From Squalus acanthias (taxonomy: Eukaryota): DNA of 64,000 bases. The stretch is from contig CM059431.1 of assembly GCA_030390025.1 (NCBI GenBank), positions 149,298,001 to 149,362,000 on the forward strand, written 5' to 3'. Under the pieces are notes generated by a model. The model was not told the origin of the DNA, searched no databases, and was given only the letters and a program-made list of their open reading frames with translations. The position numbers were made by a program, and so were the translations under genes. Below, in pieces: positions 49,004-61,407 of this stretch. The number at the start of each line of letters is the position of its first letter. The first letter of the stretch is position 1.

Positions 49004-50154
49004 GGCCCAAAATTTGGTGAGGAAGCCAACGTGCGAGGGTAAGGCTTCCCCGCGATCTCTCACTGCGCGTTGGCTTTTTCAGTTCCAGCTCGCACGAACT
49101 TGATGTTCTGGACAGCTGCTGTGCAGGGCTTGCGTATCCCACAGGCGCAGTTAATTCGTGCGAGCTGTGGGATCACGTGACTCAGTTAGAGCCAATGGCA
49201 GCACACCATCTTCCATTCATAACTTTCACAAAAGTGCTGTGAAAGCTATGAATACTATAGCCCCCCAAAAGAACAGCTAAACCTCAATTAAATTTAAAAA
49301 AACCATCACATTAATAAAATAAGTATAGTTAAATAAATTAACCATTTTAAATAAAAAATTTAATTTTTAAAAAAAATTTAAAATCTTTTAAAAAGTTATA
49401 AAAATAAACTTACCTGTCTTTAAAGTCTCTAAAAAAGATATACCTGTTAAAAAAATTCAAAATAATACTTAATTCACTACTTACCTTGTTAAAAGTTGGT
49501 CTTACTCCTCCTTTTTTTATGTGTAAAATCTGCCATAATTACCTGCGCGTTGAAACCACTAAGTGCACTGCATGCGCGCAGCCTGTAGCGCGCACGCGGT
49601 TCACTTAGGGCAACACGGTGGCATAGTGGTTAGCACTGGTGCCTCACAGCGCCAGAGACCCGGGTTCGAATCTGACCTCGGGTGACTGTCTGTGTGGAGT
49701 TTGCACATTCTCCCCGTGTCTGCGTGGGTTTCCTCCGGGTGCTCCGGTTTCCTCCCACAGTCCAAAAATGTGTGGGTTAGGTTGATTTGGCTATGATAAA
49801 TTGACCCTTAGTGTCAGGGGGGATTAAATATGTGGGGTTATGGGGATAGGATGGGATATGTTAGGGGGAATTAAATACGTGGGGTTACGGGGGTAGGGTG
49901 GGATATGTGTACTGTGGGGATTAAAGCAGGGACATGGTACTGGATTTGGATGATCAGTCATGATCGTATTGAATGGCGGAGCAGGCTCGACGGGCCGAAT
50001 GGCCTACTCCTGCTCCTAGATTCTATGTTTCTATGCCCCCTTTTCCATTCACCAAGTGCCGGTTTGCAGTGCATGCAGAAAACCGGCAATTGGAGACAGA
50101 ATACGCGAGAGTACACAGTGCGTACTCTCGCGTATCAAGACAAATTTTGGGGCC
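49004..50154. mobile_element. TIR element copy 2 (with nested SINE)
   Basis: Ends GGCCCAAAATTTG / CAAATTTTGGGGCC; body colinear with 38232-38970. Confidence 0.75.
49608..50035 (+). mobile_element. HE1-like V-SINE (tRNA head, V domain, CR1/HER1-type tail)
   Basis: A box TGGCATAGTGG, B box GGTTCGAATC, core TGTGTGGAGTTTGCACATTCTCCCCGTGTCTGCGTGGGTTTCCTCCGGGTGCTCCGGTTTCCTCCCAC. Tail matches the CR1 end at 4555-4640. Confidence 0.85.
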
Positions 50155-51591
50155 AATATCTATATCTAAGAAGGGAGATAGAACATGTCCAGGGAACTAT
50201 AGGCCTGTCAGATTAACATCGGTGGTAAGAAAAATTATCGAGAAAATATAAGAACATTTAGGAATGACAAATAGAATAATGAATAGTCAGCATGGATTTC
50301 AAAAGGGAAAGTCTTGCCTGACCAAACTAAGTGAATGAAGACCTAACAGTAAGTGTAGACGAAGCTGATGCATTCGATGTAATCTATCTAGATTTTCAAA
50401 AGGCCTTCTATAAGGTACCACATAGAATAAGAAATAAGGTCAAGGAATGCGGAGTCAGAGGACAAGTAGCAGAATGGATAGCTACCTGGCTTCAAGACAG
50501 AAAGCAGAGCGTATTGGTAAAGGGTATCTATTCAGAGTGGCAGATGGTGGGTAGTGGTGTTCTACAATGATCAGTGCTGGGACCACTGCTGTTCACAATT
50601 GATATTAACGATTTAGACTTTGGAATTAAAAACACAATTTCTAAAATGGAGGGGATGGCCATTGCTGAGGAGGACTGCAACAAATTACGTGGAGACATTA
50701 GTAAACTTGCAGAATGGGCATATAATTAGCAGATTAAATTCAACACAGATAAAAGTGTGGTATTACATTTTGGTAAGACAAATAGTGAGGTCACATATTA
50801 CTTGGACAATAAGAATCTAAAATGGGGTTGAGGAGCAAAGGGATCTGGGAGTACAAATACACAAATCACTGACAAGTATCGACACACGTTCACAAGGCCA
50901 AACAAAAAGCAAACCAAGCACTACGGATTATTTCCAGAGGGATAGAATTGAAATGTAGTGAAGTTATGCTAAACTTGTATTGAACCTTTGTGTGAACCTG
51001 GTTAGACGACACTTGGAGTATTCTGTGCAATTCTGGTCGTCATGTTATAAAAAAAAAGGATATAGAGGCACTGGAGAGGTTGAAGAGAATATTTACAAAG
51101 AAGACACCAGAAATGCGAGGGTGCACCTATCAGGAAAGGATGAACAGGCTGGGCCTCTTTTCTCTTGAATGAGAAGGCTGAGGTGTGACCTATTAGAGGT
51201 CTTTAAAATCATGAAAGGTTTTCATAGAGTAGATACAGAGAAAGTGTTTCCACTTTTGGAGAAGAGCAAAAGTACAGGTCATCAATATAAGATAGTCACC
51301 AAGAAATCAAATAATGAATAAAGAATACATGACTTCATCCAGAGTGTGGTGAGAATGTGGAACTCGCTACCACAGGGAGTGGTTGAAGCGAATTGTATAG
51401 ATGCATTTAAGGGGCGGTTAGATAAGCATATGAGGGAGAAGGAATAGAAGGTTATGCTGATAGAATTAGATGAGGAAAGACGGGAGGAGGCTCGAGTGGA
51501 GCATAAACATCTGCATAGACTAGTTGAGACAAATGGCCTGTACGCTCTCTAATTACTAGTGGACTATAGATTTGAGTATCCCATCCTTTTT

Positions 51592-52055
51592 GTCAGCTGT
51601 GGCTCAGTTGGTGGCACATTCACCTCTCAGTCAGAAAGTTGTGGGATAAAGTGCCACTCCAGGGACCTGAGCACATAAAGCTAGGCTGACACTCCAGTGC
51701 AGTGCTGAGGGAGTGCTGCACTGTCGGAGGTGCCGTCTTTCGGATGAGACGGTAAACTGAGACCCCGTCTGCTCTCTCAGGTGGAGGTAAAGGAGCACAT
51801 GGCACTATTTCGAAGAAGAGCAGGTGAGTTATCAACGGTGTCCTGGCTATTATTTATCCCTCAATCAACATAACAAAACAGATGACCTGGTCGTTATCAC
51901 ATTGCTGTTTGTGGGACCTTGCTGTGCGCAAAATGACTGCCGGGTTTCGCACATTACATCAGTGACTCTACTTCAAAAAGTATTTAATTGTCTGCAAAGC
52001 ACTTGGAGACGTCCGGTGGCCGTGAATGGCGCTATATAAATGCAAGTCTTTCCTT
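51592..52055 (+). mobile_element. DeuSINE-like SINE (paralogue of 452-885)
   Basis: GTGCTGAGGGAGTGCTGCACTGTCGGAGGTGCCGTCTTTCGGATGAGAC core; GGCGCTATATAAATGCAAGT tail. Confidence 0.78.
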
Positions 52056-53554
52056 TAATTTTATTCTTTTTTTGAACATATTTGCTCTGAACCCTAACTA
52101 TCTCCTCCTTAAATGCCTCCCATTGCTCTGACACTGATTTACATTCAAGTAGCTGTTTCCAGTTCACTTTTGCTAAATCGCATATCAGCTTAGTAAAATA
52201 CTCCTTTTCCCGATTGAAAGCTTTTACACCAGATCTAACGTTGTCCTTTTTCATGAGGGGAGATTTAATATAGATGATCAAAATTTTTATTGGGATTTGA
52301 TAGGGTGCATAATCGAATTATTTTCCAGTGGCAGAATGACACCGTTTTAAGGTAATAGGATAAAAGAACCAGAGGAGAGATGAGGAGAATTCTCTTCATG
52401 CATTGAGTTGCTGTGATCTCGAATGCACTGTCTGAGAACGTGCTGGAAGTAGATTCAATAGCAACTTTCGAAAGGGAATGGAATAATAGTTGAAGGAATA
52501 CTTTTTACAGGGCTCTGGCTAAAGAGTAGGAGTAATGATACAGCTCTGCTAAAGTGATGTCACGGACACGATCGGCTGAATGTCCTCCTTCTGTGCTGTA
52601 CCATTCGATTATTCTATGAGCAAGAGACATAAGGAAAGAAGAGGGAGAGAGAGTGACAGAGAGAAAGAAAAATAGAGACAGAAAGACTGGGAGAGGTACA
52701 GCAGGGAAGACATGTAATTAAAAGGGGAATTGGATAAATACTTGAAGGGTAACAATTTGCAGGCCTATGGAAAAAGGACTCGGGAATGGGACGAATTGGA
52801 GGGTTGAGGCCATGGTGGGATTGGATCTTAAGGATGAGAATATTCAGATCGAGGCATTTCCAAATCTGGAGCAAATGTTTCTCAGCGAGCAAAAGGATGA
52901 TGGGTTAACGGGACATGATGAGTGTTAGGATATGGGCAGCAGAGCTCTGGATGAGCTCTAGTTTATGGAGGCTTTTAAATGTGTGGCCAGCAAGGAAAAT
53001 ATTGGAGTAGTCGTGTCAGGATTTAACAAAGGCACGGGTGAGGGTTTATGCAGCGGAAGGGCTGAGTCAGGGTGGAGACGATCGATATTATGGAGGTGCC
53101 AGTAGGCTGGACTGATGATTCAGAGGATATGAGTTCGGAACTCAGCTCAGGGTGAAAGAAAATGCCGTGGCTGTGAACAGTCTGGTTCATCTGCAGACAT
53201 TGGCCAGGGAGGGGGACTGAATTGTTGCATAACAATTGATTTTTTGTCGAGGACAGAAGACAATGGCTTTGGTCTTCCCAAGACTGAAATGATAAACACA
53301 ATAACACAGTGAGACCTGGTTTTACAGATCTAATTGCTGGATGTAGAGATTTAAATGTAACACCAACAGCAGCAAAAATGAGAGCGTAACTTACGAGAAT
53401 AGTAATACAGCATGCAAAGTTTTTCAGAGTTAATAGGTGGTTACAGAGACATACCAGGAACAGCAATCGCATCAAGGAGGGGAGAGTAAAAGGCAAGAAG
53501 AGTAATGCAGTTAAACAAAGTTTATAGACATAATAGCTGAATACAGAAACTTAC

Positions 53555-53735
53555 CAGGAACGCCAACAGCAGCAAGGAGGGGGTAGTAAATGAATTGAAT
53601 AATCATAAGTGCGAACTGGATCTGTTGTTCTAATGATAGTTCATCATAATGTACAGACAAATATTCAACCACCCAGGATATACTCCTGACCATTGTTGTA
53701 ACATTCCAATCTACTGTTCTCAGCTTCTGATCCAT
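53555..53735 (-). CDS. GPR139-like: First coding exon of a GPR139-like GPCR; probable partner of exon 40390-41290 (intron about 12.3 kb)
   Basis: ATG at 53735; MDQKLRTVDWNVTTMVRS...IQFIYYPLLAAVGVP; donor G|GTAAGT, phase 1. G+TA gives Val, reading AVGVP-V-NLVTIVIL. Confidence 0.82.
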
Positions 53736-54629
53736 TGTTGTAACATTCCAATCTACTGTTCTCAGATTCCGGCTCCCTCTCTGTGGAACATCGTGCTGAT
53801 TCCTATTAGTACCGCAGCTGATGCTCTCACTGACGCTATGGTATAACACATTGAAAGGAGTCCCTTATTAATAGAAGAGTGAAACCCTGCACTGATGCAA
53901 TTAGGGTCCATGGAGAATGACATTAATTACAGTCACTGAACAAACAGCTTCAGTTAACCCGTTGAGACTGACATTAATCGTAGTCAATGAACAAACAGCT
54001 TCAGTTAACCCTTTTCAATCCAGCAGGTTTTGTAGCACAGTAGAGTAGAATATTTCCGCGGTCGGGGTGGTCTGTATCAGGATTTATGAGGGAAGGAATG
54101 ATGGAAATAGCGCATGATCTGTCCAGAATCTTTCAATCCACCTTGGATATTGGAGCGGTGCCGGAGGATTGTAGGGTTGCAGGTGTTACACACAGTTTAA
54201 AAAAGGAGAGAGGGATAACCCCTGTAACTATAGGCCTGTCAGGCTAACGTCGGTGGTGCGGGAACTTCTCGAGGCCATATTCCCGGAGAAAATTAACTGT
54301 CACTTGGAAAGAAACATGGATTAATAATTGACAACGATCACGGACATGTTAACGGCAAAGTGTGAATGACAATCTTGATTGAGTTCTTTGATGAAGTAAT
54401 GGAGATGGTTGATGAGTGTAGTTTGGTTGACGCTGTTTATATGGACTTTAAATGCATTTGATAAAGTTCATTGAATAAACCTGTTAGGACCAAAGGGTCA
54501 GTGGCAGAATGGATTTGACATTGGCTTAGGGACAGAAAACAGAGAGTAGTGGGGAATGTTTGTTGTTCAGCGTGGTGGGAAGTATACACGGGGGACCTCC
54601 AGGAGTCGCTATTCGGACCTCTAAACTTA

Positions 54630-55310
54630 TTGACGAAGATTAGATAGGACAGGTAGATGAGGTGGTTAAAAGGCATATGGGATACTTGCCTTCATTAGAC
54701 GAGGCATAGAATATAAAAGCAGGGAGGATATGATGGAACTGTACAAAACTTTAGTTAGGCCACAGCTGGAATATTGTGTGCAGTTCTGGTCACCACACTA
54801 TAGGAAGGATGTGATTGCATTAGAGAGGGTGCAGAGGAGGTTCATCAGGATGTTACCTGGGCTGCAGCGCTTCAGCTATGAAGAGAGACTGGACAGACTG
54901 GGGTTGTTTTCCTTACAGCAGAGAAGGCTGAGGAGGGACCTGATTGAGGTGTACAAAATTATGAGGGGCATAGATAGGATAGTTGAAAGGAACTTTTGCC
55001 CTTAGTAGAGGGGTCAATAACCAGAGGGCATAGTTTCAAGGTAAGGGGCAGGAGATTTAGAGGGGATTGGAGGAAAAACTTTTTCACCCAGAGGATTGTT
55101 GGAATCTTGAACTCACTGCCTGAAAGTGTGGTAGAGGCAGGGACCTTCACAACATTCAAGAAGCATTTAGATGAGCACTTGAAACGCCATAGCTTACAAG
55201 GCTACGGTAAGTGCTGGAAAATGGGATTAGAATAGATAGGGCTTGATAGACGGCGCGGACACGATGGGCCGAAGGGCCACTTTCTCTGCTGTATAAATCT
55301 ATGACTCTAT
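54630..55310 (+). mobile_element. CR1 3' insertion
   Basis: ORFs 54730..55005 and 54996..55235; absent from the paralogous module. Confidence 0.88.
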
Positions 55311-55439
55311 TAATGATATATATATAAATGGCAAAATTTGAACTTTTTTAGATGACACGCAACTGGGAAATGTAGTAAACACTGAATGGGATAGCTGTAG
55401 GCTTCAGGAGGACAGAGACAGACTGGTGAAATGACCAAA

Positions 55440-56725
55440 ATGATGAGAGGTGTCGGCGACAGTGCTATTAAGTGGTACTTACTCACCAATAACCTAATCA
55501 CCCTCGCTCTGTTTGTGTTCAACCAGGACTTCAATACAGACTTTTTCGAGACCTGGACAAAGAGCTAAATTCCAGAGTGAGGTGAGAGTGACTGCCCTCG
55601 ACATCAAGGCAACATTTGACCAAGTGTGGCATCAAGGAGCCCTAGTAAAATGGATGTCATTGGGAATGAGGAGGAACATCTCTTTTAGCTGGAGTCATAC
55701 CTAACACAAAGGAAGATGGCTGTGGTTGCTGGAAGTCAATAAGCTCAGCCCCAGGACATCACTGCAGGCGTTGCACAGAGCAGTGTCCTAGGCATAACCA
55801 TCTTCAGCTGGTTCATCAATGACCTTCGTTTCATCATGAGGTCAGAATTGGGGATGTTCGCTTACATTTGCAGTGCTTAATTCCATTCGCAACTCCTCAG
55901 ATAATGAAGTCCGTGCCCGCATGCAGCAAGACCTGGATGAGTTTCAGGCTTGGGCTGATAAGTGGCAAGCGCCAGGCAATTACGATCTCTAACAAGAGCC
56001 ACCTACCCGTGACTTTCAATGGCATTACCATCACCAAATACCCCATAATCAATATCCTGAGGGACACCATTCACCAGAAACTTAACTGGACCGAGACCAG
56101 CCACATTAAAATTGCAGCTAACTGACAGGTCAGAGCCTGTGTTTTCTGCGGTGATTGTCTCACCTCCTGACACCCCAAAGCCTTTCCACCATCTACAAGG
56201 CACAAGTCAGGTGTGTGATGGAATACTTTCCACTTTTCTGGAACATTGCAGCTCCAACAGCACTCAAGATGCTCAACATCATCCAGGACAGAGCAGCCGG
56301 CTTGATTGTCACACCATCAACCACATTAAACATTCAGACCATCCACCGCCGGCGTACCGTGGCTGCAGTGGGCACCATCTACAAGATGCACTGCAGCAAC
56401 TCTCCAAGGCTTCTTCTCCAGCGCCTCCCAAACACGTGACCTCTTCCACCTAGAAGGGCAAGGGCAGCAGGCGCATGGGAACATCATCATTTCCAAGTTG
56501 CACTCCAAGTCACAGACCTTCCTGACTTGGAATATATCGCCGTTCCTTCATCGTCTCTGGGTCAAAATCCTGCAACTCTCTCCGTAACAGCTCTGTGGGA
56601 GAATCTTCGCTTCAAGGTCTGCAGCTTTTCAAGAAGGCGGCTGAAGGCCACATTCTAAAGGGCAATTAGGGATGGGCAATAATTGCTGGCTTTGCCAGCC
56701 ATAGTCAAATCGCATGTTTAATAAA
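55440..56725 (+). mobile_element. Jockey/CR1/L2-group LINE 3' portion (distinct family)
   Basis: VTALDIKATFDQVWHQG RT motif; IYKAQVRCVMEY; tail GGGCAATTAGGGATGGGCAATAA. Confidence 0.75.
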
Positions 56726-56739
56726 AAGTTATAAAAGAA

Positions 56740-57530
56740 AGATGAAATTTAATGCAGAGAGGTGTGAAGTATATATCAGGGAGGGAAATGTGGAGATGCA
56801 ATATAAACTAAATTGTACAATTTTAAAGGGGGTCCAGGAAAAGAGACAGCTGAGAGTTTACGTACACAAGCCTTTGAAGATGGCAGGATAAGTTGACAAG
56901 ATTGTTAAAATAACACATGGGATCCTTCGCTTTATAAATAGAGGCAGAGAACAAGAGCAAGGGAGTTATGCGGAAACCTTCATAAATCGCTGGTTAGGCC
57001 CCAGCTTGAGTATTGTGTCCAATTCTTGGCAGCTTTATGAAGGATGTCAAGGTCTCGGAGTGGGCACAGAAGAGATTTACTGGAATGGTTTCAAGGATGA
57101 GGGTCTTAATTTATATAAAGAGACGCGAGAAGATGGAATTATTCTCCAGGGAGCATGCAAGATAAATGGGAGATATATTGGTAATGTTCAAAATTATGAT
57201 GGATTTGATAGACTAAATGAGAAGAAAATATTTCTACTGACAGAAGGGTCGGTGAACAGAAGACACAGATATAAGATAATTGGCAAAAGAACCAGAGCGA
57301 TGATGAGGAGAATTTGATCTTCGCAGCGAGTTGTTATGATCTGGAATGCACTGCCTGAAAAGCTGATAGAAGCAGATTCAATAATATCTTTCAAAAGGGA
57401 ACGGGATCAATACTGGAAGTGAGGGACTTGCAGGACTATGGGAAAAGAACAGGGGAATGGCACTAATTGAATAGCTGTTTGAAAGAGCCGGCACAATGCT
57501 CGATGGACTGAATGGCCTCCTTCTGTGCTG
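56740..57530 (+). mobile_element. Decayed CR1 3' portion (host element resuming after the insertion)
   Basis: ATGAAATTTAATGCAGAGAGGTGTGAAG (MKFNAERCE) and a CR1-type tail. Confidence 0.75.
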
Positions 57531-57799
57531 TCAGATCAGTGTCGAGATATCAATTCCTGCATCCCCCATTCAAGTGTATTTAGTTTAATCCACTTTCTTC
57601 CTGGAATAAATCTACTATCGTTCCAACAAGTGGATTTTGGTTTGTTGGCAACAACTCAGTTCTGTGCCATTTTTGGAAATAAAAAATCTGGGATCACACC
57701 CAGTAATACAGCACATTCGTCAAAGTATCACCAACAGCTCAAAAGGCCCACAGCACACATAATTTTACAGAATCAAGAGGGAAACAGATATCCCTCTGT

Positions 57800-60085
57800 A
57801 TATAATCTGCTTCTCACTCCCTGTTTGTCTGCGATCATTGATCTTCCCTCTAACTCTGTCACACTCTCTCTCTCTCCATACCTATATGTGATAATATCAC
57901 ATCGCTCTTTCTCCCTCTATCTCTCCTCTTTGTCTGTCACCCCCTCTCTCTCTCCCTATCTACATCTAATATCTCTCCTCTCTTTATCTCCATCTAATTC
58001 TCCCCTCTATTTCTGTCACTGTCCGTCTTTCTCCCTTTCTGTCGCGCTCACTCTCTTAGTCTATGCCTCTGTCTCCCACTCACTCTTTGTCTCTCTCACT
58101 CACTCTCTCGCTCTCACTCACTCTGTCTCTCTCACTCGATCCGTGTCTATATCTCTCATTCACTCGCTGTCTCTCTCACTCTCTCTGTTGTTTTTTTTTC
58201 CACAGACTCTCTCTGTCCCACTTTGTAGCTCTCTATCTCTCTGTATCTATTACCCTGTCTGTCTCTCTCACACTGCCAACTTCCTCTTCTATCGCCGCGT
58301 ATATGTCGTTCTTACCTTCTCTGACACTCTCTCGCTATTGTCATAGAGAAAGAGGAGGCAGTTGAGATATTGGATGGGATAAAAATTGATAAAGAGCAGG
58401 TGCTAGAAAGGCAGGCTGTACTTAAAATAGATAATTCACCAGGACCGGACGGGATGCATCCTAGGACGCTGAAGCAAGTAAGGTGAAAATTGTGGAGGTA
58501 CTGTGGCTAGAACCTTCCAATCATCGTTTGGTATGGGGTGGTGCCAGGCGACAGGAGAATAGCAAATATTACACACTTGTTCAAAAAAGGGTGTAAGGAC
58601 CAGTCTGCATAACCTCGATGGTAGGGAAGCTTTTAGAAACGATATTCAGTGACAAGATTCACAGTTACTTGGACAAGTGCGGATTAATTAACGGAACCCA
58701 GCACTGATATGTAAAAGGCAAATCAAGTTTAACAAATTTGTTAACATTTTCTGATAAGGTAACAGAGAGGATTGATAAGTGTAATGCGGTTGCTGTGGTG
58801 TACATGGACTTCCAAAAGGCATTTGATAAAGTGCCAAATAATAGGCTTGCCAGCAAAGTTGAATCACATGGAATATAATGGGCAGTGGCAGCATGCATAC
58901 GAAATTGACTAAGTGACCGGCAACAGAGTGCAGTGGTGAACGGTTGCTTTTCGGACTGGAGTAAGCTATAGAGTGGTGTTCCCCAGGGGTCGGTACTAGC
59001 ACCACTGTCTTTCTTGATATATATTAATGATATGCCTTAGGTGTACAGGACACTATTTCAAAATTTGTGGATGACACAAAACTTGGACGTATAGTGATCA
59101 GAGAGGAGGCTAGGGATAGACTTCAAGAGGACATAGACAGGCTGGTGGAATGAGCAGACACGTAGCAGATAAAGTTTAACGCAGAAAAGTGCGAATTGAT
59201 ACATTTTGTAGGAAGAAAGAAGGGAGGCAATATAAACTAAAGGGTACAATTCTAAAGGGGTGCAGGAACAGAGAGACCTGGGGGCATATGTGCACAGATC
59301 GCTGAAGGTGGCAGGGCAGCTTGAGAACGCGAGATAGAAATAAAGTGTTCCCATTGGTGAAAGGGTGGAGATCAGAAGGCAGAGATTTAAGTTGATTGGC
59401 AGATTGTCCAGAGGCCACATGAGGAAGTCCTTTTTTACGCAACGACTGGTTATGAACTGGAATGCACTGCATGAAAGCGTGGTGGAGGCAGATTCAATCG
59501 TGGCTTTCAAAATGGAATTGGATTATTACCTGAAGGAAAACATTGCAGGGCTCAGGGGAAAGGGCGGGGGAGCGGGACTAGCTGAAGTGCTCTTCAAAGA
59601 CCCGGCATGGGCTCGACCGGCCGAATGGCCTCCTTCTGTATTGTAACCATTCTATGATTCTATTCTCTGTTTACATCTCTATCTCCCATTTTCTCGCGCT
59701 CTTTTTCTCTCGCCCTCTCTCTGTCTATCTCACTATTTGCTTCTCTTGCTCTCTCTGTCTATCACTCCCTTTCTTTCTCGCTCTCTGTCTCTCGCCCTCT
59801 CCACTCTATCTCTATCTATCTCGTTGTATCTGTCCCTGTCTCTCGCTCTGAAACCCCCTCTGTCTCTCCCACTCTGTTGGTTTCACCTTGTCTCTCTTTT
59901 AAGCCCAGTTCCCTCTCTCTGTCTGGCTCTTACTCTGCCACCCTCTCTCTGTCCCTCTCTGTCTCTTTCTCTTTTTATTTGTTTCTCCTTGTCTTTTTAT
60001 TGCCCTCTCTCTCTGTCCCTGCATTCCCTCTATCTGCATCTCTCTCGCTCACTCTCAGCCCCTCCCTGTCTCGCATTCATCTACC

Positions 60086-60123
<38 letters not shown>

Positions 60124-60733
60124 CCTCTCCCTATAGGTCCTTCTTTCTCTCCGCCCCTCCGTCTCCCTCTGGCTATCTGCCTCTCCCTCTCTGAATGTCT
60201 CTCAGTCACTCTGTCTGTCCCTGCCTATCTCTTTTTGTTGCTCTCTATCTTTCTTTTATTGTCTCACTTTCTCCTTCTCTATCGTTCAATGTAGGTTTAT
60301 CTCCTTCTCTCTGTCTCTCTCCCCATTGTCTGGCTCTCTCTGTGCCATTCCCCGTTTCTCTCTGTGTATCCCGAGCACTCTCCCACTCTCTGGCTCTCAG
60401 ACTCTCTCTTTCATTTTTTCATTCTGTGTGTGTGTCTCTCTCTCCCCCTTTTTCTCATTCGCTCTCTCTCTCTCTGCCTCTGTCTCTCTCAGATCTGTTT
60501 CCACCTTTCTCCCCTCTCCCTTTCCCTCTCTGTCTCTATGCTTCCCGCTGTCTCTGCCTCCCTCTGCCACCCTCTGCCACCCTCTGCCTCTACCAATCTA
60601 TCCCGGTCACTCTTTCTGCCTCTGAATCTCAGCCTCTTCTCTGTCTCTCTCTATCACCTCCTCTCTCTCATTTTCTCCCTCTCTCTCTTCCGATATCTAG
60701 CTGTCTACTCTTCTTTCTCTCAATCTCTATATA

Positions 60734-60776
<43 letters not shown>

Positions 60777-61035
60777 GTCTCGCTCTCTCTGAATCTCTCT
60801 AACACGTCCCTTTCTGTAACTCTTTCAGTCTCTGTGTCTGTATCTCAGACTCTCTCCTGTCTCTCTCTCTCGCTCTCTCGGTCTTTCTCTCTTTCCACCC
60901 TCTGTCTCTCTAGCTCTATCTGTCTCACTTTCTCTGGCTCTCTCTCCTCGTCTTTCTTTCCATCTCTCACTCTGTTTTTCTTCCTCTGTCTCTCTTTCTT
61001 TGCCGTTCTCTCTCACTCGGTGTCTCACTCAGCGT
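57800..61035. repeat. CT-rich low-complexity tract (57800-58345 and 59655-61035)
   Basis: Degenerate (CT)n/(CTGT)n, with (CT)n(TA)n at about 60735-60775. Confidence 0.92.
58346..59655 (+). mobile_element. CR1 RT fragment with internal deletion, inserted in the CT tract
   Basis: YMDFQKAFDKVP and GVPQGSVL coding sequence, VDDTK, CR1-type tail. Confidence 0.85.
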
Positions 61036-61407
61036 AACAACATTTCGGTGCCCGACTGTTCAAAAAAAATCATGCATTTATTTCTTTAAACTTTGTTTGG
61101 GAATGTGGCATTTTATAAACAGTCCTCTCTCCTCACTGCAAAAATCAGAATTCCCTTGAAACCCTCCACGTCCAAATCAGGCGAAATGTTTTGGAGTTTA
61201 TAAAATCCGCTATTGGGAGCTGGGTTTGCGGTGGAGGAACAGCCTGAGACTCACTGCCAGCATGGTTTGCCCAAGCGTCTCCTCCCCGGGCAGCAGTTTT
61301 CTCATTGGCAGCTCTCAGTAGAAACATTTGTATTTTCCGTCCTTTCCTTCACTCTGCATTTCTTAGACTTGCACCATCAGCAATTTGCTCTTAACTCGCC
61401 CTTAAGA

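Larger units (their letters stand above)
47705..51540 (+). mobile_element. Old CR1 ORF2 (EN plus RT, decayed) hosting a TIR element and a SINE
   Basis: LLDLL..HLGNSDHN (48044..48295), GNYRPVRLTS, YLDFQKAF, LVRRHLEYSVQFWS; interrupted at 49004-50154. Confidence 0.88.
50510..55435. repeat. Older diverged paralogue of the exon-1 module at about 5115-9520
   Basis: Same order: CR1, DeuSINE, CR1(-), CR1 tail, L2, donor repeats, exon 1, promoter, CR1. Carries a private CR1 insertion at about 54630-55310. Confidence 0.9.

Noticed and set aside
49608..49680. tRNA gene
   Set aside because: The A/B boxes continue directly into a SINE core and LINE-derived tail; the same holds for 452, 6358 and 51592.
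57525..61037. Long Leu/Ser-rich ORFs (up to 280 aa)
   Set aside because: Translation of CT low-complexity DNA, which rarely contains stop codons.
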